Assembly: GCA_964467655.1 (NCBI GenBank)
Contig: CAYXSN010000004.1
Location: 19,906-83,905, forward strand
Length of the DNA: 64,000 bases
Direction: 5' to 3'
Source of the DNA: an uncultured Candidatus Saccharimonadales bacterium
GTDB taxonomy: Bacteria > Patescibacteriota > Saccharimonadia > UBA4664
A model generated the notes under the pieces. It was not told the DNA's origin, made no database searches, and saw only the letters and a program-made list of their open reading frames with translations. Below are positions 10,401 through 19,083 of the stretch, in pieces. Position 1 is the first letter of the stretch, and each line of letters begins with the position of its first letter. Position numbers and translations under genes: made by a program.

Positions 10401-11389
10401 GCAAGCGGAAAAATAAACGTTAATATCTTGAATGGTGATGCAATGAATAAATCCGCCCAGGGAAACCAGCGGCCGCCAATTTTGTCGGATAGACTGTAAT
10501 AGCCGTTGAGCGTTAGGACATTTAAGAACGAGGCGTTACTACTAATGACATTGAGTATTGAGAACGAGCCATCCAGGTTTCCGCCGCCCGTGGATTTGGC
10601 TGTGCTATCGGCAACATTGAAGAATTGCGGCAGCAAATACCACAGATTTGTAGATATCCAGACCACAATACCTGTTGCCATGAGGAGTGCGAATCGCCGC
10701 AGCGGCATATCAACTAACGCCAACAGCGATACGCCACCGAGAATGCCGATCATGATAAAGAGGAATGATAAATTCGTGAGCGCTACAGATACAAACCCGG
10801 CCGTTACAAACGATAGTGCGATTACATACGCAATCCGTCCAGTATCAAGGAATTTCAACTGAAGCCAGATGAGCAATGGCAGAGCCGCATAAAAAATGTA
10901 CAGAAATATGATCATCCGCCAGCCATTGATCGCAATGTACAAATTCGACATGTAAAACAGTGCTGGTACGGTTAGCGCCCATGTATTCCTGGTGAGGCTG
11001 TATTTGGTTTGCAGATATTCCAGCAGTACAATGGCACTCCAACCTGTTACTACGAGGACTCCAAAAAAGAATAGTGCCTGCGACGCCACAGCGTTCAAGC
11101 CAACCAATTGAAATATCCCGATGAGCACAAAGAGCGGCACAATGGCATAACCGGTGGCATCGATAATGCCGCCACTATATTGAGGCTTCCAACCAAACGA
11201 AAAGTTGTGGGCATGCTCTAAAGGATTGCCAATAGACCACGTACTATCGGCATAAAACAGTAGCCGCCCGCTTGAGTACCACATACCGATCGTTATCAGT
11301 GCTGCTAACGCGACAATGGCGTATGGCAGCCATCGCTGATTATTGAGCCACTTATGCATGCGCGCCCCCAAGTTGTTCAATAACTTCAC
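7487..11389 (-). CDS. giant membrane glycosyltransferase-like protein: N-terminal multi-TM GT-C-like domain, large extracytoplasmic carbohydrate-binding-like domain, C-terminal TM anchor. Architecture resembles arabinofuranosyltransferase AftD (DUF3367)
   Basis: 1300 aa with about 12-14 N-terminal TM helices and a C-terminal TM plus Arg-rich tail. It sits in an operon with GT2/GT2/GT4 genes. The family assignment is inferred from architecture. Confidence 0.5.
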   Translation of the reverse strand: MKLLNNLGARMHKWLNNQRWLPYAIVALAALITIGMWYSSGRLLFYADSTWSIGNPLEHAHNFSFGWKPQYSGGIIDATGYAIVPLFVLIGIFQLVGLNAVASQALFFFGVLVVTGWSAIVLLEYLQTKYSLTRNTWALTVPALFYMSNLYIAINGWRMIIFLYIFYAALPLLIWLQLKFLDTGRIAYVIALSFVTAGFVSVALTNLSFLFIMIGILGGVSLLALVDMPLRRFALLMATGIVVWISTNLWYLLPQFFNVADSTAKSTGGGNLDGSFSILNVISSNASFLNVLTLNGYYSLSDKIGGRWFPWADLFIASPFKILTFIFPLALIVVLLNQNILRKAWRLVILAVAMVLVGSFLAKGSHEPFGGFFVFLFQTFPVPFLAFRAAYEKLGIIVALGYLLTLFLAFSIPLRVSSAKALWYRSVAALIIMVLGFPVWTGQIFNSNNGIRPAAQIAIPQDYYQVADFLKADAHALTLSLPLQHTAWISSKWGDGKEGYIGNDILRLLSGTSIISTDIGGATIDKFNYDVEADFTATDVQTANLARRNIKYVVVRKDSNYDWAHAYGKSPLSIHDLQNGIQKSGHFKQKMDTPNLAVYELIDPQPKEFISVTDNLYSFTGRNNFKAVNEFVTATLAKPNYYYTTDNVKMPTAHIEPLFANVTTANIDPISGRIHDQPVVATDSQPATLYKTASAPVIRAVSDATRITISAHDEGLLTLDGTTPFRQDQQKYETTSIERRPQRRYFVEANNSYTPISSDNPVEIANRQGATTAKVISARDENMIQNGDFSRGLWQPKVEDCAIESSRAELSMRLLDKDAKQATKALELVAKGHIACTRTGVTLQSGKQYLISFDYASPSHSKIGYAIYAGKGSEINSSWSTNTADDSWHRYSKIVTTPANVDASNFFLYAFSGTDIDKTNVARYANVSVYEVIESQAVKLIAADQVVKKAIGNTQVSNAEYVGTPNNFERRYLNDWPQKVVDCSASDERSDISLVVDKRGPGSLVKLTSRNHIACANTNVSVVDSGDYMLDFEYKPSSDTAAGYYIGFNDPAGTYLSDRLKGSEQSGGSTQASIKFKAPAGATSATIYLYAYEPQSGKVNVVEYSDMKLDRLPNITGKYVLLSDSPTITSMPKSVEHHTASPVKHSISVKSAEKPFYLAMNQNYFSKWRLEINNGKVQGINSWVPWAKPDAIADSDHFKLNDFANGWYIDVDKLCKQQNLCHANPDGTYDLELVAEFTPQRWFYVGLIISGLTLAGCLGYLGMTGWRHWRRRRGSGGTRPKSQGGASPRASKPARRIVRL

Positions 11390-12464
11390 TCAAGGCACGG
11401 GCTTGTTGCCGTACATCGAAATATTTGTTTGTGCGTTTGGCATTGTTCGCCTGGACCGATGCCAGATGTCGAGGCTCGCTCAGCAAGCTCTCAACGGCGG
11501 CGATGACGGCTTTTGAATCGTTTTGAGCGACCACAATATTGTCTGCGCCCACGATTTCAGGTAAGGCTCCCGCATCGGTGGTGATTACTGCCAAACCGCA
11601 CGCCATAGCCTCGACGAAGCTAAAACCAAACTGTTCTGAGGTGATCTTGAGTTTGTACTTGTACATGTCGCGGCAGGGCATGACGAGGATGCCGTGCTGC
11701 TGGAGTACGCTTGGCAATTGCTCATTTGGTAGCGGCCCAAGATATGAAAATTGTGGGTATTTATCGACATAGCTTTTGATTGTATCTGCATACGGGCCCT
11801 TGCCGATGACGGTCATTTTGATATCTGGATTCTTCGGCAATACGGCATCGGCAACTTCGAGGAAGATATCGATGCCTTTGTGAGGCTTAAGACCGCCAAC
11901 AAAAATGAGATTTCGATTGGTTTGTGAGTGTTTGACACTTTGAAAAAGATGCAGGTCTATGCCCGGATACACTACCTTCGCCTTATCTGGAGGTGCGCCC
12001 AGAGCCAGTACACAATCGCGAGCTTTGTTTGATACGCACACAAATAGATCGGCGTGTTTGATGACATAGAGCCGATTGCCTATGTGTGAGGGTAGATAGT
12101 GTAGTGGATGGCGCGGTATGAGCTCGTATACCAGTACCACGACCTTTTTGCCGTGCTTGTGAGCATACTCGGTGAACTGTTTGGCTATGGATGAAAAAAC
12201 TTCGAGGACAATGATAACATCGACATCTGCGAGGTACCGTTCGAAGCCAGTATAGGTTACCAATTTGGCAGTTGAATGGTACTTACCAGCGAATAGGCGG
12301 CTTTCCTGGCTCTGTACCTGGCAGTATTCGACATTGTCGGGCTTTGTGGTGGGGTAGGATGCAAAGTCGATATCGAGAAACTTGATTTTCTCAACCGGCA
12401 TGCGCGAAAACCAGTGGTACTCGTAGTTGGGACGACTATCGTGTGAGACGTAAGCGATTTTCAT
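11352..12464 (-). CDS. glycosyltransferase family 4 (GT4)
   Basis: 370 aa with GT4 motifs (GGLKPHKGID; EQFGFSFVEAMACGLAVITTDAGALPE = E-x7-E). Translationally coupled with its neighbours. Confidence 0.8.
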   Translation of the reverse strand: MKIAYVSHDSRPNYEYHWFSRMPVEKIKFLDIDFASYPTTKPDNVEYCQVQSQESRLFAGKYHSTAKLVTYTGFERYLADVDVIIVLEVFSSIAKQFTEYAHKHGKKVVVLVYELIPRHPLHYLPSHIGNRLYVIKHADLFVCVSNKARDCVLALGAPPDKAKVVYPGIDLHLFQSVKHSQTNRNLIFVGGLKPHKGIDIFLEVADAVLPKNPDIKMTVIGKGPYADTIKSYVDKYPQFSYLGPLPNEQLPSVLQQHGILVMPCRDMYKYKLKITSEQFGFSFVEAMACGLAVITTDAGALPEIVGADNIVVAQNDSKAVIAAVESLLSEPRHLASVQANNAKRTNKYFDVRQQARALSEVIEQLGGAHA

Positions 12465-13306
12465 TTCCGATGAGCCTTACCTGACCGCTTTAATACTTCC
12501 GGTTCGCCGCGGAGCATGCCGGTGGCTCCGGCCAGATACTTTACAAACATGTAGTACCAAAACGCCGTGAAGAGCTTGGGTTGTTTGATGAGGTCTTTTT
12601 GGAGTTGGATGAATTGGGGTCGGAAGAAGTTGAATTGTTTGACACTGCGAACGCCGGCTTTTTGGTTGTATTTGCCTATGGTTCGGCCGTAATAGTGGAA
12701 CTTACGCCAGACATCGCCGATGGTTTTGGGCTCGCCGATGTGGGTTTCCACAGCGTCAACGTGAGCCCATTTGTAGCCAGCGTCCACCATACGGTTGTGT
12801 AGATCGAAATCCTCACCGGCCACGAGTGTTTCATCGAAGCCACCTAAGGCATCAAAGACCGAGCGCTTGAAGAAGCGGGCCCCCACGATGGAAGTGTCGT
12901 TTTTGTAGGTTTCACGTTCCAGGTAGCGTACATGAGCCCAGATACTGTCGCCCTGGGAACGGTTATGTACCGCAAGTGCATCATAGCCTTCGGCCATTTT
13001 GGCGACACATTTGGCGACCACATCGGGCTCAAGTACAAATTCGAGGCCGATCCGGTACATGTACTCCCCTGTGGCTTTGGTGACGCCATAGTTGAACTGA
13101 GTTGAGCGCTCGGGTCCGAGCTGGTAGAACTGGTCGGCATATTGTTTGACAATATCTGGTGTGCCGTCAGTCGAAAAGTTGTCTACGACGATTAACTCAA
13201 TGTGCGGGTACGTTTGCGCTTTGACGCTCTGGAGGCTGGCGTGCGCGGCTGGAGCGTTGTTTTTGCAGGCTATAACAATTGAGACTAATGGTTGTTTGGC
13301 TGCCAT
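12461..13306 (-). CDS. glycosyltransferase family 2 (GT2)
   Basis: Start chosen at ATG 13306 (MAAKQPLVSIVIACKN). GT2 signature IELIVVDNFSTDGT and GEDFDLHNR. Paralog of the upstream GT2. Confidence 0.75.
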   Translation of the reverse strand: MAAKQPLVSIVIACKNNAPAAHASLQSVKAQTYPHIELIVVDNFSTDGTPDIVKQYADQFYQLGPERSTQFNYGVTKATGEYMYRIGLEFVLEPDVVAKCVAKMAEGYDALAVHNRSQGDSIWAHVRYLERETYKNDTSIVGARFFKRSVFDALGGFDETLVAGEDFDLHNRMVDAGYKWAHVDAVETHIGEPKTIGDVWRKFHYYGRTIGKYNQKAGVRSVKQFNFFRPQFIQLQKDLIKQPKLFTAFWYYMFVKYLAGATGMLRGEPEVLKRSGKAHRK

Positions 13307-14124
13307 TTGTTCCCTCGAAATTTGGCCAGCACAAAGCCGGCTCCCCCGAAGCTGAATTTGAGTAGCAGATACCCAGCTAACTGCAGGCTCTTGACCGGAT
13401 TTTGCATGAGGCGTTTGCCACGACAATGTGCGAATGCCATCAAGTATTTGAGCTGCCCATTGAACTCGCCGGGATTGGCTTTTTGGTATCGCACCGAGTC
13501 TTTGCCGTAGTGATACATTTTTACCAGATGCGGCCAGAGCTTTGTGGGCTCACCCAAGTGCAGGGCCTCGGCGTCGATGAAGGCGGTCTTGTAGCCGGCT
13601 TTGTTGAGCTTGTTTTGAAAGTCGTAATCTTCGCCGGCGGTAATGGCTTCGTTGAAGCCGCCAATGGCCTGATAGACAGATTTCTTGATGAAACGGGCCG
13701 AGGAGTGCTGAAGGTCGTATTTGTACATGTCGACCTCAAACTTTCTGATGCGGGCAATCCAGCTAATGCTGGGATCGGGTGAGTTGTGTACCACCACAGC
13801 GTCGGCGCCCTCAGTGGCCCGCCTGATGCATTGATCGATGACGGCGGGATCGAGCACGAAATCGGCATCCACTTTGTAGACATACTCGCCTGTGGCTTTG
13901 GTGACACCAAAGTTTACTTGGGCCGAGCGCTCCGGCCCGTGGTTGTACACGTGCTGAGTGTAGCGCTGGGCGATGGTTTTGGTGGTGTCGGTGGAATCGC
14001 GGTCGACCACAATGATTTCGATGGGTTTGTACGTTTGATCGGCGATTGATTTGAGGCAGGCCTCAATTGTGGCGGCGCTATTGCGAGTGGGAATGATGAC
14101 TGAGACAAGCTGGTTACTGGGCAT
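13285..14124 (-). CDS. glycosyltransferase family 2 (GT2)
   Basis: 279 aa with VSVIIPTRNS...IEIIVVDRDSTDTT and GEDYDFQNK. First gene of the GT2-GT2-GT4-AftD-like operon. Confidence 0.8.
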   Translation of the reverse strand: MPSNQLVSVIIPTRNSAATIEACLKSIADQTYKPIEIIVVDRDSTDTTKTIAQRYTQHVYNHGPERSAQVNFGVTKATGEYVYKVDADFVLDPAVIDQCIRRATEGADAVVVHNSPDPSISWIARIRKFEVDMYKYDLQHSSARFIKKSVYQAIGGFNEAITAGEDYDFQNKLNKAGYKTAFIDAEALHLGEPTKLWPHLVKMYHYGKDSVRYQKANPGEFNGQLKYLMAFAHCRGKRLMQNPVKSLQLAGYLLLKFSFGGAGFVLAKFRGNKWQPNNH

Positions 14125-14448
14125 ACCGCTTTAGTTTATCAGATCTGGTGGGAGGTGGCAAAACGGGATGGAGGAACTTTCGGAGAAAGAATATGTCTCA
14201 CCGAGACTCTCGCTCGTACCCCTCAAAAATACATCCATGAAGGGTTGTGATCTGTGACAGCAACGCTGACATTGGTTTGAGGGATGTGGCTACGGGTATC
14301 TTCTTCATCAAGCATGGCCCGGGGTTTGGTGACCAGATCTCCTATCAGTGGGTAGCTGGCTAAAAAGTAATAAATGCTCGATTGAGCCCAGCCTCGATAT
14401 TGCGGCCTTTCAGTCCGATCGACTCCGAAACGTAAGGCGTTTTGCATG

Positions 14449-14489
14449 CCCGTCCCGAGTGCACTCACTACGAGTGTGCTCGGGACGGG
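14449..14489. repeat. 41-nt palindromic hairpin repeat R2, copy 1 (cccgtcccgagtgcactcactacgagtgtgctcgggacggg), followed by a T-run
   Basis: 18-bp stem with G-U wobbles. A near-identical copy is at 17768..17808. Confidence 0.8.
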
Positions 14490-14554
14490 CGGTTTTTTTG
14501 ATGATTATAAAAAGGTTGGGGGGGCCGCTCACAGTGTGAGCGGCCCCCGGGAGG

Positions 14555-14824
14555 TCAGTAGTCGTCTTCGGGTTGGGGGTCGGCGGGGTAGGCTGCCCCG
14601 CCGACGAACAGGACGGCTCCCAGGCCAGCAATGACGCCGGCCAGCAGCTCCCGGTATGGGTGGCCGCTACAGATCGGCCAGATCAATATTGCGAGCCCGA
14701 TGAGCGCCGGGCCACCCACAAGCCCTGTGTCGCGCGGGCCCTCTACACTGCCTAGCGCGTTAGCGCAGAAGAACAGGACGACGAATCCGAGGATGCTGAT
14801 GAGTGCGGCCAAGTGAGTACCCAT
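14555..14824 (-). CDS. small membrane protein (2-3 TM), hypothetical
   Basis: 89 aa and hydrophobic. It is followed on the minus strand by hairpin ggggggccgctcacaGTGTGAGCGGCCCCC plus a T-run (14515..14550). Confidence 0.5.
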   Translation of the reverse strand: MGTHLAALISILGFVVLFFCANALGSVEGPRDTGLVGGPALIGLAILIWPICSGHPYRELLAGVIAGLGAVLFVGGAAYPADPQPEDDY

Positions 14825-14988
14825 GGTGGCTCCTTGATACTAGGAAAATGCGGCTGTTGACCTTCTATTATTATATCACGTTTTCTACTTTATGTAAATA
14901 TATTGCTCTGTTGAACTTTTTATTTTATAACTTGGCACGCTTCAGGTGCCAGTTGGTCTCTCCCTAGTGCATTGGCCTGCATGAGGCT

Positions 14989-15036
14989 CTCACGAGTGAT
15001 TGGTCAAACGGTCTCCACTTGTGGGGGCCGTTTGCA
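14989..15036. repeat. 48-nt direct repeat R3, copy 1 (ctcacgagtgattggtcaaacggtctccacttgtgggggccgtttgcat)
   Basis: Second copy at 16832..16880 with 3 mismatches. Contains an imperfect hairpin aaacggtctccac/gtgggggccgttt. Confidence 0.8.
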
Positions 15037-15083
15037 TATCTGGGTATAAGTTGATCCCCCGACCTGGCTGGCCGGGGGATGTG

Positions 15084-15893
15084 TCAAGAGGCTTGCTCTT
15101 GGTAGAAGAGTTGGCGGTCTTTGCGGTAGATACGCGCATAGACCCATGGCGGATAGTGACGGCAGATCTGTCGGCGGGCCGACAGCCTGTTCTGGGCAAC
15201 CGACGTGTAATAGGTGTGCAGTTCACGCCGAACCCAGTTTGGTCGATACCCTAAACGTTCGAAAATCTGATTTTCGGTCAACCAGCCATTTGCGGATGGC
15301 ACCTCGGGTTTGTGCCCCAGAGACTTGAAGTCGGGCACGTAATAGTGATCGGTGATCTTGTTGGTACCCGAAGCCCGAAGCCGTCGAGACTGGAGATTGT
15401 GCTCGTTGATGTGGCGGCGGATCTTGTATTTTGACCAGCCGGTCAATTGGCAGATCTCGCCTTCGGTGAGCCAGTCGATCTCGGCGAATGCTGGTAGATA
15501 CGCCTTGAGAGCTTGGTATGATTCGGGTGAGATAGCGGCCACGGGGCGACCATTGCGGCCGCGACGCTGCTCCACAGGGCCAAATTCAGGGTGGAGCTTG
15601 AGGTGCCGGTAGAACGTGGTCTCGATGATGCCGCAGTCGAGGCAGGCTTGGTACACGCTCACCCATCGCCTCAACCGGGGATACTGGCGCAAATTGGCAG
15701 TGTCGGCCTTGATTTGTTCGTAACATTCTTGCCTGTAGAACCTGGGCCGTTGTCCACCGCCAGTGCCGGCTAAGATGTAGTCTTTGGCATATGGACTGCG
15801 CCTGATTCTGGTCCGCACGAAGTCTCTGGGAAGTCCGAGGGACCGAGCCATACGCGCGGCACTCCAGATATAGGGGGTAGGTGCATTGCTCAT
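15084..15893 (-). CDS. DNA-binding protein with four tandem HTH-like repeats (excisionase/MerR-type HTH motif W-L-T-E-x-E-I-x-x-L-G-x6-RR)
   Basis: 269 aa. The four repeat segments were aligned by eye (YIWSAARMARSLGLPRDFVRTRI / YQACLDCGIIETTFYRHLKL / DWLTEGEICQLTGWSKYKIRRHI / GWLTENQIFERLGYRPNWVRREL). It is flanked by R3 direct repeats. Confidence 0.5.
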   Translation of the reverse strand: MSNAPTPYIWSAARMARSLGLPRDFVRTRIRRSPYAKDYILAGTGGGQRPRFYRQECYEQIKADTANLRQYPRLRRWVSVYQACLDCGIIETTFYRHLKLHPEFGPVEQRRGRNGRPVAAISPESYQALKAYLPAFAEIDWLTEGEICQLTGWSKYKIRRHINEHNLQSRRLRASGTNKITDHYYVPDFKSLGHKPEVPSANGWLTENQIFERLGYRPNWVRRELHTYYTSVAQNRLSARRQICRHYPPWVYARIYRKDRQLFYQEQAS

Positions 15894-16068
15894 GGTTAAC
15901 CTCTGTCGGGTAGAGTTCTGGCAACTGCCCCACTTGTACCTGATTTGAGTTGTTTGTGCAAGATTGGCGTACTGAGATGGCTATTTTTGTTTACAAAATG
16001 TTATTTATGTTGTATAATCTAGCCACTGTACTTTGATTCCGCTCCCTTGCCAACCGAGAGAGGCAATT

Positions 16069-16842
16069 ATGGATCTGCTACTTCGTAGTCTGCTGACGGC
16101 AGCAGTCCTGACAGCTGTGATGGCCACGCTCAGCGTATTAGTGCTGCATGCGTGTATGCACTACCGCACGTCGCCTATTGCCCGGACGACAATCAAGAGC
16201 ATTTTTCAGGACTGGCTGGTTTTTGTGCCATGCTGGGGCGTCGCATTGGGATTGCGCTCCGTCGCCCATTTTAACATCATTGTATGTGCTTGGTGGGGCG
16301 TGTTGGCGTTCATCATCGAGATACACCTGCTGGAGAAGTACATCAACAGCAGGTGGGCGACGACGTCGAGTATTCGTACCCCGACGCCCGACGAGCTCGC
16401 AGGTCTCGCGGAGCAACCGGATGAGGCCTGGCAGCAGATCCTGAACGATGCCCTCCTGTATCTACAGAGCGTTCAGCCAGCTGGGCTCAGGGCGGTTGTG
16501 CAGGCTCGAGCCAGGCTCAAGAAGTCATCAACCCGGGCTGAGCTGAGCGGCCTGCATGATGACAGCCTGCCAGTCAGATTCTTGAACTGGTGTCAGGACC
16601 TGCTCAATGCTGTCTTCGAGGATGAATTCGCAGACCGGTTCGACCCGAATCTGTTGTCGGTGGCGAGTATCTATGCGCCCCAAATACTGAACGACGCATA
16701 TGGCGACAAGTACGACAACGATCGGCGCATTGTTCGATCGTTTGCCCAGGCGCATGGCCTGGAGGCGATCGCTCATGCATTTTACACCATTTGGTATGCC
16801 CACATTGGCAGACCGCGCTACATCTCCGGCCCTCACGAGTGA
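16069..16842 (+). CDS. membrane-anchored hypothetical protein
   Basis: ATG 16069 with a gagagagg RBS. TM helices, then a soluble domain. Its 3' end runs into R3 copy 2. Confidence 0.5.
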   Translation: MDLLLRSLLTAAVLTAVMATLSVLVLHACMHYRTSPIARTTIKSIFQDWLVFVPCWGVALGLRSVAHFNIIVCAWWGVLAFIIEIHLLEKYINSRWATTSSIRTPTPDELAGLAEQPDEAWQQILNDALLYLQSVQPAGLRAVVQARARLKKSSTRAELSGLHDDSLPVRFLNWCQDLLNAVFEDEFADRFDPNLLSVASIYAPQILNDAYGDKYDNDRRIVRSFAQAHGLEAIAHAFYTIWYAHIGRPRYISGPHE

Positions 16843-16880
16843 TTGACCAAGCGGTCTCCACTTGTGGGGGCCGTTTGCAT
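16832..16880. repeat. direct repeat R3, copy 2
   Basis: cctcacgagtgattgaccaagcggtctccacttgtgggggccgtttgcat. Confidence 0.8.
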
Positions 16881-16990
16881 TTTGAGGAGCGGGCGGTTTT
16901 TATAATTGCTTATACATACGAAATGTTGTAGTGCGGCTTGCGTTCCTTGATAGGTTGGCCCGCAAACTCCGTCGAAAGGCAGGTCCAGAT

Positions 16991-17221
16991 ATGATGAACC
17001 ACGCGATTGACAGCACCGGGGCGCTCGTAGCAGCAGCCCGAGCCTTCGAGCAGGCTGCTGCCGACTGTGTGAGGGCGGCATCCCTGGTGGTAGCCGCCCA
17101 TGATGAGACTGGCTTGGTCGCCGATTTTGAGGCTAAGCTTCGGGTGGCCGCTGCGTTGGCAGAGCAAGCGCAAGCCAAATTGACTGCCGGCAACCGTTGC
17201 TTGACCGAATTCGAGGCGTGA
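16991..17221 (+). CDS. small alpha-helical protein, hypothetical
   Basis: 77 aa. ATG 16991 (MMNHAIDS) with an aaagg RBS. Confidence 0.35.
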   Translation: MMNHAIDSTGALVAAARAFEQAAADCVRAASLVVAAHDETGLVADFEAKLRVAAALAEQAQAKLTAGNRCLTEFEA

Positions 17222-17526
17222 ATGCAGCCCGAGCTTGAGGCGACATCATGTGGGCATGTGTATAATGATCAGCTACCGTCGTTTGACTCGTAGTAGGGAT
17301 CATTGTAGACTAACCCCGTCCCGTTTCGGCATGATCTTCAGTCAGCTTCACCGGTTGAAGATGCATCTGGAGGGAGACGAATAGATGGGACAGAACGCCC
17401 AACGAATTCTCGATGGAATGGAGGCCTGGGTACGCAGACTCCGCCCCACCGATACGGCGGAGTCAGAGGCAGCCCAACAATTGCTGGGCTCACTGCAGCA
17501 AACAAGGCAACGATTGGAGTCTGAAG

Positions 17527-17760
17527 ATGTCCAAGCTGATGAGGATCGTTAGTTTGGTATTGGTGGGATTGGGTGTACTGCTCACCTCGGAGTGGTGTAA
17601 CCCGAACCCCATCACCGATCCAAAGCGGTTCGCACCGCAGCCGACCAGCCCGTCCACCCAGTGGATCCTGACCGCCATTGTGGTGCTGTTTGCGATCGGT
17701 ATGGTGGTAGTGGTTCGGACTCTCAGGTCCGAGCCCCGAGCGACGGTCGCCGCCCGCTAG
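17527..17760 (+). CDS. small membrane protein (2 TM), hypothetical
   Basis: ATG 17527 with a ggag RBS. It ends 8 nt before R2 copy 2, which can serve as its terminator. Confidence 0.45.
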   Translation: MSKLMRIVSLVLVGLGVLLTSEWCNPNPITDPKRFAPQPTSPSTQWILTAIVVLFAIGMVVVVRTLRSEPRATVAAR

Positions 17761-17767
17761 TTGAATG

Positions 17768-17808
17768 CCCGTCTCGGGTGCACTCACTACGAGTGTACTC
17801 GGGACGGG
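17768..17808. repeat. hairpin repeat R2, copy 2 (cccgtctcgggtgcactcactacgagtgtactcgggacggg), followed by ccttgcttttt
   Basis: 3 mismatches compared with copy 1. Confidence 0.8.
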
Positions 17809-17869
17809 CCTTGCTTTTTGTAGTGTTCCAATGTTTAATATAGCAGTTCGAAGTACCATTGACAGATAC

Positions 17870-18904
17870 ATGATCTCTCTTCAGGAGGAACCTGTGAATC
17901 CAGCATGGATAGTTCTGGCTAGCGGCCTGGCGCTGATAGTTCTCGTCCTGGGTATTGGCATCACTCTGGCAGTGCGCGCCGACCGACGCAGACAAGCCGT
18001 CGCTGAGCGGGCGATAGATTGGGAAAGTGAGCGTAAGGCCTGGACTGCTCTGCTTGATATAGCTGCGCGGCACCTGAACCTCTCGCTCAGTGAGCCTGAT
18101 GATGAGACGACCGCCGCCCGCCAGGAGATCGCTGATATCTTGCGGGCAGATTCTCCTGAATCGCCTGAGGGTATGCAGCGAGCGTTTCGTCTCAAAGAAG
18201 CCGCGCGAAGTTTGGGTGTAAATGTTGCAGCAATCCGGTCGCGGGCCGAAGACGATGCCACTGTTGCTCGACTCAGGCTTGAGTTGGCAGCCGTAATCCG
18301 GACGTCGCTCGATTCTTCGGCACCGGCTGCTGCACGACTCACAGCCCTCGTAACCATCTTGACCAGGCTTGCGCAGCATAAGCCTGATGTTGTGGCCCGG
18401 GTGCTGCGTGACTTTGGCCTGCCGGCTGGCGATGACGATCTGCTCGGGCAGCTCCGACAGCGCTATCTTGAGATCCGATCGCAGTGCCTCGAAGATCTCT
18501 TGGTCCAAGGCTGGAACGCCGCCAATGACGACGCCTTGAGCAAGTGCCTGGCCCAGATCCTCGATTTGTTGCAACGCGATAGCTGGACAATTAGACGCCT
18601 GCAGCTGGATGACAACCAGTTGACGACGTACTACCAACTCCTGGCTAGGCTGCCAAAACGTACCGACGATCAGCTCATCGACCGAGACCGATTGATGACG
18701 CTGGCGACGGTGCTATTCGCAACCGACACTGAGGCGGGCGCTGAATGGCGCATCGCCTGCGACGTGCTTGCGCTCCAGATTCTGGTGCGTCACACCGCGG
18801 CAGAACTAGGCATGGGAGCTGTTCAGCACGCTCGGCTCCTGCACACACTGCAGTCCCGATTGTCCGAACAGCGGATTGCGTGGCTCGAGTCCGATCAGAA
18901 ATAA
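17870..18904 (+). CDS. membrane-anchored alpha-helical hypothetical protein
   Basis: ATG 17870 (MISLQEEP). A TTGACA-like -35 lies upstream. One TM helix, then an approximately 300-aa helical domain rich in Ala/Leu/Arg/Asp. Confidence 0.5.
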   Translation: MISLQEEPVNPAWIVLASGLALIVLVLGIGITLAVRADRRRQAVAERAIDWESERKAWTALLDIAARHLNLSLSEPDDETTAARQEIADILRADSPESPEGMQRAFRLKEAARSLGVNVAAIRSRAEDDATVARLRLELAAVIRTSLDSSAPAAARLTALVTILTRLAQHKPDVVARVLRDFGLPAGDDDLLGQLRQRYLEIRSQCLEDLLVQGWNAANDDALSKCLAQILDLLQRDSWTIRRLQLDDNQLTTYYQLLARLPKRTDDQLIDRDRLMTLATVLFATDTEAGAEWRIACDVLALQILVRHTAAELGMGAVQHARLLHTLQSRLSEQRIAWLESDQK

Positions 18905-19083
18905 ACTCCCGCCACTGAGTGACTCGCTTGGTCCCGAGGGGAGGCGCCGATTGACGGCCCTCCCCTCAGGGCTGTCAATCTTGATAATTTTGAGCCTAAG
19001 CTGTATAGTGCAATGATTCATAGTTCTATTAACATCTAGAAGCTTTCGACATACCCTTCCCTCCACTGAAACGGAGTCATGTC

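Noticed and set aside
103-10862. Numerous 60-160-aa ORFs antisense to long genes (for example 103..357, 549..767, 643..924, 8358..8621, 8850..9134, 10506..10862)
   Set aside because: They are fully embedded in well-supported longer genes on the opposite strand. This is typical of spurious open frames.
2639-17808. Possibility that the R1/R2/R3 repeats form a CRISPR array
   Set aside because: Each family has only two copies, separated by 2-3 kb of coding sequence. The repeats are themselves palindromic terminator-like hairpins, and no cas genes are present.
17338-17871. 177-aa minus-strand ORF
   Set aside because: It is antisense to two plus-strand small genes that have RBSs, and it spans the R2 hairpin. 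It is most likely a GC-rich antisense artefact.
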